Below are positions 1 through 9,657 of a stretch of 64,000 bases of DNA, one piece after another. The notes beneath the pieces were generated by a model. The model worked only from the letters and a program-made list of their open reading frames with translations, was not told the origin of the DNA and did not search any database. Numbering within the stretch: the first letter of the stretch is position 1; each line of letters starts with the position of its first letter. Made by a program: the position numbers and the translations under genes. The stretch comes from Flavobacteriales bacterium (GTDB lineage Bacteria; Bacteroidota; Bacteroidia; Flavobacteriales_G; JALEGO01). Location of the stretch: NCBI GenBank assembly GCA_020628935.1, contig JAHDEG010000005.1, forward strand, positions 79,817-143,816, read 5' to 3'.

Positions 1-3000
1 TTTTCTATGAAGCCAAAATACTCTGGTCCGAAAGTGTTATTCCATACATCTTGATTTGGTGAAAAAGTGTTTGGTATATATACTTTTGTTTCCCCTGAAA
101 AAGTAACTGATTTTGTGATTTCGCTTTTACAATTTAGGCTATCTAAAACGGTTAATGAAACAGAAAAACTCTCTTCTCTTGAGTTATAATCAGATAAATA
201 CTCTTCGAAATTAAAACTGAAATTTTCACCTAAATACATTGTAGTGTCTGAAGGGCCATAAACGTTCCATTCCCAATACTTAATTTCGCCCGTGCTGTAA
301 TCAGAAAAGTTAACATTCATATTACTAAATACTTGGCTGGGATTTTCATAAATACTTATAAAATCTGCGATAGGAGATTCTTGTACATGTACTACAGAGA
401 AAAGGGAATCTTCGCAACCATATTCATTTATTAAAGAAACGGATACATTATACTCGTCTGCTTGCTGGTAAGTATGTGTAATATTATTGGTTAAGTTATA
501 CTGCGTGTTGTCATCCATATTCCATATAATGCTTGAAATAGTATTGTTTGTAGAATTTAAAGAAAGACTAACCTCTTCTCCAATACATACTTTAATTGAA
601 TCTGGTGTAATGGTAGTGGTGGTTGTAGGATAGAACGCAAACATGTTTGTTAAGCTTACTTCTGGTGAACATCCATCACTAACCGAAACAACTACTGAGT
701 CACCATAATTAACATTTGTGGATATAGAATTTGAATTACTGTTGGTATTGGACCAACTGTATATGTATGAGTTATTTGGGTTTCCTCCTGTAGTAGATGC
801 TGTTAAAGTAACTTCACTTCCCTCACAAATCTCGTTTAATGAATTTAGTGCTAAATTTAAAGAGTCATAAAGGTTAACGCATATAGTGCTAGGCTCAGTT
901 GGACAATTGTTTTCATCTGTTATTGAAACCGTTATGCATTCATTTTCAGTAGGACTGAAGTTATGTGGTCCGGCTCCAATAAACTGATTACTCCATGAAT
1001 AGGTATAGTTTCCAGACCCGCCAATTGCATTAGCTTGAATGGTAGCTTCTGATCCCACACAAATAGTTGTATCGTTAGTACTCGAAATAATAATTGAATC
1101 AGGGCTGTTTATAAAGGTTGAATCTATTCTACTACATCCATTTTCAAATGTTACTGTTACAATTTGGTTACCTGCACACAAATTTGTTGCAGGGTTAGTT
1201 GTTTCGTTATTGCTCCAATTGTAGTAGATAACTCCATTATAAGGTATTTGTAATTGAATAGCGGCATTTCCGTCACAATAACTGTAGCAAGAAGCATTTT
1301 CAGAAGTAATTGAGATTGCAGGCGTGTTTTTTGGACTAACACTAACCATAACTATTGTATCACAATTATTTTGATCAGAAACGGTAATCGTATAAGTTCC
1401 TGGCAATAAGTTGTTTGCTACTCCGAAGCCTAAAGTATTGTCATGACTCCAGTTAAATGAGTAGGAAGGAGTTCCACCAAAAATGGTTTCAAATGTTATA
1501 CTTCCATTACCAGTTGAGCAATCAGAATTTACAGTTGCTATGTTAAGGCTGAGATTATCTGGTTCAGTAATTGTTTCTCCTTTAAAATTGACGCAACCGT
1601 TCGCATCGGTGACTGTAATTATATAATTTCCTGTATCTAGGTTTTGAATATTAGCAGATAAATCTCCTGTGTTCCATTCATAGGTGTACGGGCTTGTTCC
1701 TCCTTGAACATTACCAATAATATTTCCGTTATTACTTCCATTACAACTAATATTTGCAGTTGCGAAACTAATTGAGATACTATCTGGCTGAGTAATTAAA
1801 ACTGATTGATTAATAGGACAACTTATTCCGTCCATCCATATGGTTGATATAAAGTATGTGTTGGTATCTAAATTTAATAGCTGGTTGCTGTTTTCGAGAT
1901 TTTGTATGCCAGTAAATGAGTAAATAAAGCTGTCAATAGGACTGGCTCCGTGAAGCGTAATACTTCCATTGTTTAGACCGTGGCAAGTTATGCTTTCACT
2001 AGTTATGCTATCTATAAATGTAGTTACTTCAATTACAGCAGAATCAGCAGTACTGCAATTGTTTAAGTTGTAATAAATAGTGTTAGTTCCTTCATTTGCT
2101 TGCAAGGTATTAAATGTGCCGTCTGTTTCGTTTATACAAGTTCCACAAGTAGCAGTCCAACTTCCTCCTAAAATATTTATTGAAGGATTATAACTCCCTA
2201 ATTCTTTACACAAACTATTTTCAGTTGTAATTTCTGTTACTTGAAGTTCTTTAACATAAATACTATCTATAAAATTATCGCATGGATTAGTACCTGTAAA
2301 TTCAATCTGAATATTATTTATTGTAGTACTTGGGTAGAACATTCCATTTGAGTTTAAGCAGTTGTTGCAATTAGCAGACCAAGTACCTACTACATTTGTA
2401 GTAAGTAAAACAGAATCTATACTTTGACAAATAGTATCAGGGATTGAGTAAATGGGAGTGCTACTACCTTTTACAAATACAGAATCATTACTCTGTAGAG
2501 TACACTCATTATCTGGAATAAATGTGATGTAATTCATACCTAAGTCAGCTAGGCTTGTATTAAACTCTCCGGTTGTTACATCAATACAGTTAGCACAGCT
2601 TGCATACCACTTACCTATGTCGGGTGAGCTAAATGCAAGTATGCCTGCCGAAGAACATGTTGTGTCTGTAATATTTATTGACGAGTTAGTTTGAGCAAGT
2701 ACATTACTTGTGTCTGTTGCAAATTGGCTGCAACTGCCATTACTAACTTCGTATCTAATAATGTAGTGGTTATTAAGCGTGGCATTAGATATCTCTCCAG
2801 TTATAGTATTAATTGTAGCTCCATCAGTTGGTAGTTCTTCAAAGCTAAAAGCACCTCCAGTGTTACCATTTATTATAATTGTATTTGTACTACTTAAACA
2901 AAAGTCAGAACTCATTATACTTAGTGAGTTACTTCCTCCCAAATAAGCTCCTAAATTTATAGTAGTATCAATACAAGCTGGCTTAAAGATATGTAGACTA

Positions 3001-4967
3001 TATGTCCCTGTATCGTTTAATGTAAACGGATCTATCTCAAACTCCCGATCGCTTGAAGTAAACCCATTTGGGCCTGACCAATTATAAGTTCCACCTGGAA
3101 GGTAATCTGCACTTGCACTAAATAAACCACCTTCACATGCTGGTAATGAAATGTCAACACTATTCGTATTGAATGTGGTTAACTCTAAGCCGTCCACTGT
3201 TGCGTTTCCACATGCATCAGTTACTCTTACTTGATATGTTTGAGGAACAAGATCTATAAAAAATGAATCAGCTTGAAGGCCACTATTAAATGGTGCAATA
3301 ATTTCGTATTGATAAGGTTCGCTTCCATTACTAGCGCTCGCATGTATGTCTCCAAATTGAGCGTTTTTACAGTATACTCCATCTAAATCTAAAACGGGCG
3401 GAGTTGGAGCTGTTATTGTGATTGGAGTGTAAGTAAATAAAGAATCGCAGCTTTCAATTCTTGATTTAATAGTATATTCTCCTGGGGATAAATTGTTAAA
3501 AAAATCAATATTTGCTTCCTCAGCTGTATCGTTATTTAATATTAAAGAATTAAATACTTGGGGCTTCCAAAATGATATATCATTGTAGTTCAAATTAAAA
3601 TCTGTGATATTTGCACCAGAGCAGGTGTTCTCTATTGTGTATGTTGGGCTATCTTGGTAGGATTCAGTAATATCGAAATTGTGGTAAACACTGTCTCCAC
3701 AGGCTCCTACTAACAAAATTTCGTATGATCCAACACTCAGATCAGGAAGTGTATATGGAAAACCATTGGCTGTTTGATTCAATATTGAATCAAACACAGT
3801 TGGCCCACTTACATGATATAAATTAAAACTTCCACCTGTATTATTAGGAGAAATAGTTTTACGAACTAAAGGAGTGTCGCAAAGCGGATATTCTCTATGA
3901 TCATTAACTGATAGCTCTTCAATTGGAGCTAATGATACAAGTGTTGAAGTGCTTGAACCACATTCGTCAGTAGTTATTACAGTATAAGTAGTGCCAGGGG
4001 TTAAATTTTGGAAGGTGCCTGAATTCTGTGGTGCAGACGGTCCTGAGCCATCGTCAATTTGAAAAGTGCTGTTTCCAAGTGTAGCTAAATTGAATTGTGG
4101 GTTGATTGTATATTCATCACAAGTTGCAGAGAATTTGTAAGTAACCTTAGGGTCACTACCAATAATTGCGGATGTAGATCTACCACAGCCATCTGTAACT
4201 TCAAAAGTAAAATCTCCTCCTTGTGGTAAATAAAATTCGTTTGAAGTCTGAGGTGGTAGAGTGAGACTACCTCCAATTAAAGCGTACTGAAGGGGTTCTA
4301 CAAAATCAAAAGGCGCGCTTTTAAGATCTAAGTCGTAATATACCGAGTCACAAGCGTATTTATCTCCCCAGGCAAAAAAATTTGAACTTAATTGAGGTAT
4401 AGAGCTATTTTTAACGTCTATTTGATATGTAGAAGTTCTTACCGTGCCACAATTATCAGTTGCTTCAATATAATAAGTGCCTGCTGTTAGGTTTGAAAAG
4501 ATGTTTGATGACTGTTGTGGGACAGTAGTAGGTGAAGGACTTACTATCGCATATTGAATTGGGCTTGCTCCGCCTGCTGTGGCCACTTCAATTTCTCCAT
4601 TGTTGTCTGCTGGGCAATTTAGTAAATCAGCAGAAGGTGTGATCATTAAATCTTGATAAGAACCGCCAACAGTTGCCTGGGCTGTAAATTCTGTACCGCA
4701 ATTATCAGTTATTTTTATGGTATAGGTTTCAGCAGATAGGCCACTAAAAATGTTAGAATTTTGGGAAGGTTTTATTATTGGTGAAGTGATCTCGTAAGCA
4801 AAAGGGCTAACTCCTCCCGATGTAGTAATTGTAATTGAACCATCTGAAGGGCAACTAGCTTGCGTAGTAGTATACGTAAAGGATATTGCACTACCAGGAC
4901 ATTGAGCATGAATGTTATTAACGTTAATAGTGCATATTAATACGAGAAAGAGTATTAATTTATTCAT
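1..4967 (-). CDS. Giant cell-surface adhesin: SprB-repeat protein with T9SS type B (gliding-motility-associated) C-terminal sorting domain; 3' end runs off the window
   Basis: Absent from the supplied ORF track because no stop lies inside the window. The minus-strand ATG at 4967-4965 opens MNKLILFLVLICTINVNNIHAQCPGS (signal peptide). The same frame is still open at nt 1, where it reads VYIPNTFSPNQDVWNNTFGPEYFGFIE, the type B CTD signature. Hand translation shows SprB-type repeats, e.g. CNGSNNGNIIGNVQGGTSPYTYEWNTGDLSANIQNLDTGNYIITVTDANGC (about nt 1620-1760). No competing long ORF in other frames. Confidence 0.85.
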   Translation of the reverse strand, partial: MNKLILFLVLICTINVNNIHAQCPGSAISFTYTTTQASCPSDGSITITTSGGVSPFAYEITSPIIKPSQNSNIFSGLSAETYTIKITDNCGTEFTAQATVGGSYQDLMITPSADLLNCPADNNGEIEVATAGGASPIQYAIVSPSPTTVPQQSSNIFSNLTAGTYYIEATDNCGTVRTSTYQIDVKNSSIPQLSSNFFAWGDKYACDSVYYDLDLKSAPFDFVEPLQYALIGGSLTLPPQTSNEFYLPQGGDFTFEVTDGCGRSTSAIIGSDPKVTYKFSATCDEYTINPQFNLATLGNSTFQIDDGSGPSAPQNSGTFQNLTPGTTYTVITTDECGSSTSTLVSLAPIEELSVNDHREYPLCDTPLVRKTISPNNTGGSFNLYHVSGPTVFDSILNQTANGFPYTLPDLSVGSYEILLVGACGDSVYHNFDITESYQDSPTYTIENTCSGANITDFNLNYNDISFWKPQVFNSLILNNDTAEEANIDFFNNLSPGEYTIKSRIESCDSLFTYTPITITAPTPPVLDLDGVYCKNAQFGDIHASASNGSEPYQYEIIAPFNSGLQADSFFIDLVPQTYQVRVTDACGNATVDGLELTTFNTNSVDISLPACEGGLFSASADYLPGGTYNWSGPNGFTSSDREFEIDPFTLNDTGTYSLHIFKPACIDTTINLGAYLGGSNSLSIMSSDFCLSSTNTIIINGNTGGAFSFEELPTDGATINTITGEISNATLNNHYIIRYEVSNGSCSQFATDTSNVLAQTNSSINITDTTCSSAGILAFSSPDIGKWYASCANCIDVTTGEFNTSLADLGMNYITFIPDNECTLQSNDSVFVKGSSTPIYSIPDTICQSIDSVLLTTNVVGTWSANCNNCLNSNGMFYPSTTINNIQIEFTGTNPCDNFIDSIYVKELQVTEITTENSLCKELGSYNPSINILGGSWTATCGTCINETDGTFNTLQANEGTNTIYYNLNNCSTADSAVIEVTTFIDSITSESITCHGLNNGSITLHGASPIDSFIYSFTGIQNLENSNQLLNLDTNTYFISTIWMDGISCPINQSVLITQPDSISISFATANISCNGSNNGNIIGNVQGGTSPYTYEWNTGDLSANIQNLDTGNYIITVTDANGCVNFKGETITEPDNLSLNIATVNSDCSTGNGSITFETIFGGTPSYSFNWSHDNTLGFGVANNLLPGTYTITVSDQNNCDTIVMVSVSPKNTPAISITSENASCYSYCDGNAAIQLQIPYNGVIYYNWSNNETTNPATNLCAGNQIVTVTFENGCSRIDSTFINSPDSIIISSTNDTTICVGSEATIQANAIGGSGNYTYSWSNQFIGAGPHNFSPTENECITVSITDENNCPTEPSTICVNLYDSLNLALNSLNEICEGSEVTLTASTTGGNPNNSYIYSWSNTNSNSNSISTNVNYGDSVVVSVSDGCSPEVSLTNMFAFYPTTTTTITPDSIKVCIGEEVSLSLNSTNNTISSIIWNMDDNTQYNLTNNITHTYQQADEYNVSVSLINEYGCEDSLFSVVHVQESPIADFISIYENPSQVFSNMNVNFSDYSTGEIKYWEWNVYGPSDTTMYLGENFSFNFEEYLSDYNSREESFSVSLTVLDSLNCKSEITKSVTFSGETKVYIPNTFSPNQDVWNNTFGPEYFGFIE

Positions 4968-5048
4968 ATGCAATTATTACGTTAAAATTACATTTTAGTT
5001 ACTTTATAAATGATCTACTTTTTGTAGTGTTATTTAATATAAATTTAA

Positions 5049-5057
5049 GGGGGGGGG
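5049..5057. repeat. Homopolymeric G9 tract (C9 on the adhesin coding strand) in the adhesin upstream region
   Basis: Read directly: aaatttaa-ggggggggg-aaattc. It is the only long G/C homopolymer I noticed in this AT-rich window. It lies 82-90 nt upstream of the adhesin ATG (4967) and 33 nt below the esterase stop (5090). Confidence 0.9.
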
Positions 5058-5089
5058 AAATTCTTAACTATATTTTAGAATTGATAAAA

Positions 5090-6328
5090 TTATTTGACTA
5101 GTAATTTTTCTGTTCTAAATACACTCTCGTTAGAAGAGAATTTAATCAAATAACTACCCGAAGCCAATCTTAATTCTGAGTTTTGATTAACAATTCCTTC
5201 TAAAACTTTTTTTCCATCAATTTGAATAATCTCATAGTTAACAGTGCTTTTAGAATCGGTACTTAACTTAACGAAACCATTTGTGCTTGGGTTAGGGAAA
5301 ATATTAACCGTTGGTAGCTTATACTTATCTTGTACTGATGTAGCTTCTGTAGGACAAACCACTTCATACATATATATAGAAGATTGATTTGTGACACCCG
5401 CAAAATCCGGGCTACTTGTTGAAGCGTAACTTACATGGCCATCGCTTCCTTCGATTAAATAAAAAGGATTTTCTAAACCAATTGCAGTTGCTTTAGTATT
5501 CATCGCGCAGCTGCCGTATGAATATAAATCAAACCCAAACAAGTCGTTATTTTCGTATCCACAATACACTACATCATCAAGTTCATCATGTGCGCTAAAA
5601 AATGGCAAGTCGTTTGTAGTAATCCAATCATCTTTGGCTAAAGATCCTGAAAAGTTTAGCAACCCTGCTACATTGGTCGTGTTAGTTAAGTCATTTGAGT
5701 TTCCGTCAAAACCTCCTCCATTGTTGATATGAGTTTGAATATATGCAGGGATATCATCATCTTGATCTAAGAAAAAGGCATGAGATGCAATTATTCCTCC
5801 TGCAGAAAAACCTCCTATAATGATTCTATTAGTATCAATTTTAAATAAATTATCTGTTGCTGCATCGTTTTTGAAATATTTTATTGCTGCTCTCATATCG
5901 TGCATGGTCATAATAACAACTTCTGCAAAGTCACTAGAATCGCTTATAGTAAAGGCATCAATTAGTCTATAGTTTATGCTGCCGACAGTGTATCCTTTTT
6001 TTGCTAAATCTATACAAACAGCATCTAAATCGGTTTGATCACCGCTAATAAATGTTCCTCCATGAGCTAGAATTACCAAAGGTCTTTTAGTTGCTAAATC
6101 ACCTTCAGGCTCATAAAAATCAACAACTAATGTCTTATTGTTTCCTCCGATAGTAACGTTTTGCCCGTATTGAATATTAACTTGCTTGTTTACATCAGTA
6201 AATGTATAGTTAGTATATCTAGAACCATCACAGTCTGATTGGGAAAATAATGTGAAGCTAGAAAGTATGACTAAAGTTAAAATTGCATTTTTCATATTCA
6301 TGGATTTAATATTATTGAAATTAGACAT
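5090..6328 (-). CDS. Secreted alpha/beta-hydrolase (esterase/lipase) with T9SS type A C-terminal sorting domain
   Basis: 412-aa ORF with signal peptide. HGG motif (LVILAHGGTF) and nucleophile elbow GFSAGG (GxSxG). The C-terminal ~75 aa (VNIFPNPSTNGFVKLS...GSYLIKF) fit the type A CTD pattern. Confidence 0.75.
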   Translation of the reverse strand: MSNFNNIKSMNMKNAILTLVILSSFTLFSQSDCDGSRYTNYTFTDVNKQVNIQYGQNVTIGGNNKTLVVDFYEPEGDLATKRPLVILAHGGTFISGDQTDLDAVCIDLAKKGYTVGSINYRLIDAFTISDSSDFAEVVIMTMHDMRAAIKYFKNDAATDNLFKIDTNRIIIGGFSAGGIIASHAFFLDQDDDIPAYIQTHINNGGGFDGNSNDLTNTTNVAGLLNFSGSLAKDDWITTNDLPFFSAHDELDDVVYCGYENNDLFGFDLYSYGSCAMNTKATAIGLENPFYLIEGSDGHVSYASTSSPDFAGVTNQSSIYMYEVVCPTEATSVQDKYKLPTVNIFPNPSTNGFVKLSTDSKSTVNYEIIQIDGKKVLEGIVNQNSELRLASGSYLIKFSSNESVFRTEKLLVK

Positions 6329-6345
6329 TTAATATAAGGTAGGGT

Positions 6346-7749
6346 TTATTTAACGAGATCAAAAACGGTTTTTACTGGATTAAAAGTTTCTGAGGGAGTA
6401 TCAACAAATACGGTTAGCCAATTTGTCATAGAACCATTCCATAGGCCTGGATATTCTAAAATTTTTATTTTTTTATCACCAAGGGTTTTCCATGATACAA
6501 GAAATGCATCTGGATCAATGAATTTTTGAAGATCAAACTTATTGCCTTTATCATCGAAAATATTACATACTATATTTACGGGGTTAAAATGTGTAGCCTT
6601 CTTTAAAGCTTCTTTCTGATTTTGCTTATTTATATTGATATGAACGGATTCAACTATTTGCTTACTGATAGTGTTTTTACCAGATTTAACCCAAAATGGT
6701 CCTCCACCAGGTTGCCCTTCATTTTTAACCATCCCACAAACTCTGATAGGACGGTTTATTAAATCTATGATTTCATTGGTTGTTGGATTATTGAGACTAA
6801 ATTCTACCCCCGTTTTTTGAAAAAAGTCAGCATTTTGTTCTAAAATTTCTTTTACATTTCTACCGGTACTTAACTCCTTTAAAATCAAATTTCTTTGTTC
6901 AACAAGTTTAAGTAATAATCCACCCAATGCTTGCTTATATTTTTGGGGTTCGCTATTAAGAGGATTTAGATTTATGTTATCAATATTATTTATAAAAATA
7001 ATTTCGCTATTAAGTCTGTTTAAATTTTCTAACAGAGTTCCATGTCCGGCTGGTCTGGTTAGCTCTTCTGAGGTTTTTTCATCAACTACCACTTCATCAT
7101 TTTCATCTATACAAATAGTATTGGTTTTTTTATTTTGAGCTGAGTAAGTGATCTCTACTTTTTTGCTTAAATTATTTTTTGAGTTTAGATTATTAATCAA
7201 TTCTTCAATCTGTTTTTTGAAGTTGTCTGAAACAGTAAAGTGTAGTTTTATAGTGTTGTGATGGGATTGAAATAAAATATTCTCGTGGATATGCTGCTCA
7301 AAAGGAGTAACTTCATTATTATCGATGATTTTAAAGGGGATCATTCCTTTAGGAAGTTTACTAAAGTTTAAACCTTCGCTACTAAGTATTTGAGTTAATA
7401 TTTCTTCGTGTGTAGCTTTCTCTATTGATTTTCCTTCCTCAATAAATGATTTTTTTAGCTTGTTGTAAAAAGGATATTGAGCTATATTTTTTAGTAAACC
7501 CAGAGTGTTATTATTTTCTAAATCTAGTAAATCTTTAAACATTCTTGAAGCTGCCCCCGATGCAGGTATAAAGCTCTCTTGACTTACGTTTTTAGCATAA
7601 TGAGTAAAAAAATTAATGTATTCTTGTAGCTCAGTTTTGCTTAATTTAATAATTCCATTTTTAACAGTAGCCGGGCTGTCTACACTGACAAAAATCTCTC
7701 CTTTTTTCAGGATATTTAATTGTTGATCTCTACTTATTAAATTGTTCAT
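6346..7749 (-). CDS. Conserved protein of unknown function (DUF4301-like)
   Basis: 467-aa ORF with no signal peptide. Motifs PASGAASRMF, RPAGHGTLL, VCGMVKNEGQPGGGPFWV. The architecture is recalled as the Bacteroidota DUF4301 family. A nucleotidyltransferase-like fold is inference only. Confidence 0.5.
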   Translation of the reverse strand: MNNLISRDQQLNILKKGEIFVSVDSPATVKNGIIKLSKTELQEYINFFTHYAKNVSQESFIPASGAASRMFKDLLDLENNNTLGLLKNIAQYPFYNKLKKSFIEEGKSIEKATHEEILTQILSSEGLNFSKLPKGMIPFKIIDNNEVTPFEQHIHENILFQSHHNTIKLHFTVSDNFKKQIEELINNLNSKNNLSKKVEITYSAQNKKTNTICIDENDEVVVDEKTSEELTRPAGHGTLLENLNRLNSEIIFINNIDNINLNPLNSEPQKYKQALGGLLLKLVEQRNLILKELSTGRNVKEILEQNADFFQKTGVEFSLNNPTTNEIIDLINRPIRVCGMVKNEGQPGGGPFWVKSGKNTISKQIVESVHININKQNQKEALKKATHFNPVNIVCNIFDDKGNKFDLQKFIDPDAFLVSWKTLGDKKIKILEYPGLWNGSMTNWLTVFVDTPSETFNPVKTVFDLVK

Positions 7750-7823
7750 GTTTACTATAACAGAATGTTAGTGCAAATGTAGTATTTGTAAAGGCTTTAA
7801 GAAAATATTTTTAATTTTATAAA

Positions 7824-8348
7824 ATGTGGCTGAGGGAGTGGATTTTAAATAAGAGATTAAAAAGACGGGAGGATAAGATTTTTGAGATGAAAAGTTTGTC
7901 TTTGATGCAAGAAATTCTCATTATTTTTGATTCTGGTAAGGTAAGTGATGAAGATTTGGAGAGTATTGTAAGTCTTGTAAAAGACAAGCTGTCAGCAAAC
8001 GTTCATTTGTTATCTGTATCTGAAAAATCAAGACTAAAAGATGAAATTGGCACTAATTATGATTGCGTTTATAAAAACGATTTAAATTGGTTTAACCGCA
8101 CCAAAATAACAGCTTTAAATCAGATAATACAGAATAAGTATGATTTCTCTATAAATATTTCGAGTATAAATAATTCCTTTATTGAATATTTATTATCAGG
8201 TGAAAATATTTCAGTTAGAGTAAGTAAGGGGGGCAAGGTAAATTCTGCGCTACACGATGTACTTTTAAATGATAATTCTGGTAATGCTGTTAGCTTTGTT
8301 AAGAGTGCATTGCCTTTAATTATCGCTCACCAGCCGTCTCATTCATAA
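7824..8348 (+). CDS. Hypothetical protein
   Basis: 174-aa ORF divergent from 6346..7749, ending 3 nt before the MATE gene. No recognisable motif. An alternative start is at 7887 (MKSLSLMQ). Confidence 0.4.
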   Translation: MWLREWILNKRLKRREDKIFEMKSLSLMQEILIIFDSGKVSDEDLESIVSLVKDKLSANVHLLSVSEKSRLKDEIGTNYDCVYKNDLNWFNRTKITALNQIIQNKYDFSINISSINNSFIEYLLSGENISVRVSKGGKVNSALHDVLLNDNSGNAVSFVKSALPLIIAHQPSHS

Positions 8349-8351
8349 TTA

Positions 8352-9656
8352 ATGAATAATTTAAATAAGCAAATTTTAAAATTTGCAGTTCCTAACATAT
8401 TAAGTAATATATCTGTCCCTTTATTAAGTTCTGTAGATACAGCTTTGATGGGGCAGTTGAGTACATTACATATTGCAGCTATTGGTATAGCAGGAATGGC
8501 CTTTAATTTCATTTATTGGAATATGGGATTTTTGCGAATTGGTACTACGGGATTAGTTTCTAGATACCGAGGAGAGGGTGATAATGAAAAAATAAGTAAT
8601 GCATTTTTTAGATCAATGATTCTTGCCGTTTTGCTATCATTAATTTTTTTGATGCTTCGCTCTTATTTGTTAGATATAGGCTTAATGGCTTTTTCTATTA
8701 ATAGTAACGGTAGTGATTTAGTTGAATCATACTTTAACATACGAATTTTAGCGGCACCAGCAGCTTTAATTTCAATGGTTTTAATGGGGTTCTTTTTTGG
8801 AATGCAGAATGCATTATACCCTTTATTAATTACTATTCTAGTAAATGTAGTTAACCTTATTGGAAATTTAGTTTTAGTAAAAGTTTATGGTTTTGGTATT
8901 GAGGGGGTAGCAATTTCGACCGTAATTGCTCAATATCTAGGGGTTATAATCGCTTTAATATTTATTTTATCAAAGTATAAAAATGTTTTAGAGCAATACA
9001 CTCCCGATTGGTTCAAAAACTGGGGCGTATTAATACATTTTTTAAAAAATAATATAGCACTCTTTTTAAGAACACTTAGTCTTACATTATCTTTTGTCTT
9101 CTTTTACAGAGTTTCTTCTAATATGGGAGTGCTTACATTAGCAGGAAATACAGTATTGCTGCAATTTTTAAACTGGATGAGTTTTGGTGTGGATGGATTT
9201 GCTCATGCTTGTGAAAGTATTTTAGGAAATTACGTTGGAAAAAAAGATGTTAAAATGATTCGCGAAACTATTAGGTATTCATTTGTTTGGGGTATGAGCT
9301 TTGCTTTAATATACACTTTTGTGTATATGTTTTTTGGCGATTTTTTTATATCAGTTTTTACAACGGAAGTTGAAGTAATTAATTATACTAAGTTATTTGT
9401 TTTTTGGATGTATATTTTCCCTTTGCTAGCAACACCTTGTTATATTTGGGATGGAATATATGTGGGTTTTATGGCTTCTAAAGAAATGATGTTATCTATG
9501 TTATTTGCTTTGATAATGTTTTTAGGAGTTTATTATTTATTTGCCAAACCTTATGGCAATAATGGGTTATGGTTTAGCTTTTTAACTTTTATGATCTCAA
9601 GAGCTACTTTTCAGTGGTGGCTTTTTAAGCGGAATAGGTTTATTGATTTATTGTAG
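8352..9656 (+). CDS. MATE family efflux transporter
   Basis: 434-aa polytopic membrane ORF (~12 hydrophobic segments). The N-terminus ILKFAVPNILSNISVPLLSSVDTALMG is typical of MATE/DinF-like pumps. Confidence 0.85.
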   Translation: MNNLNKQILKFAVPNILSNISVPLLSSVDTALMGQLSTLHIAAIGIAGMAFNFIYWNMGFLRIGTTGLVSRYRGEGDNEKISNAFFRSMILAVLLSLIFLMLRSYLLDIGLMAFSINSNGSDLVESYFNIRILAAPAALISMVLMGFFFGMQNALYPLLITILVNVVNLIGNLVLVKVYGFGIEGVAISTVIAQYLGVIIALIFILSKYKNVLEQYTPDWFKNWGVLIHFLKNNIALFLRTLSLTLSFVFFYRVSSNMGVLTLAGNTVLLQFLNWMSFGVDGFAHACESILGNYVGKKDVKMIRETIRYSFVWGMSFALIYTFVYMFFGDFFISVFTTEVEVINYTKLFVFWMYIFPLLATPCYIWDGIYVGFMASKEMMLSMLFALIMFLGVYYLFAKPYGNNGLWFSFLTFMISRATFQWWLFKRNRFIDLL

Positions 9657-9657
9657 A

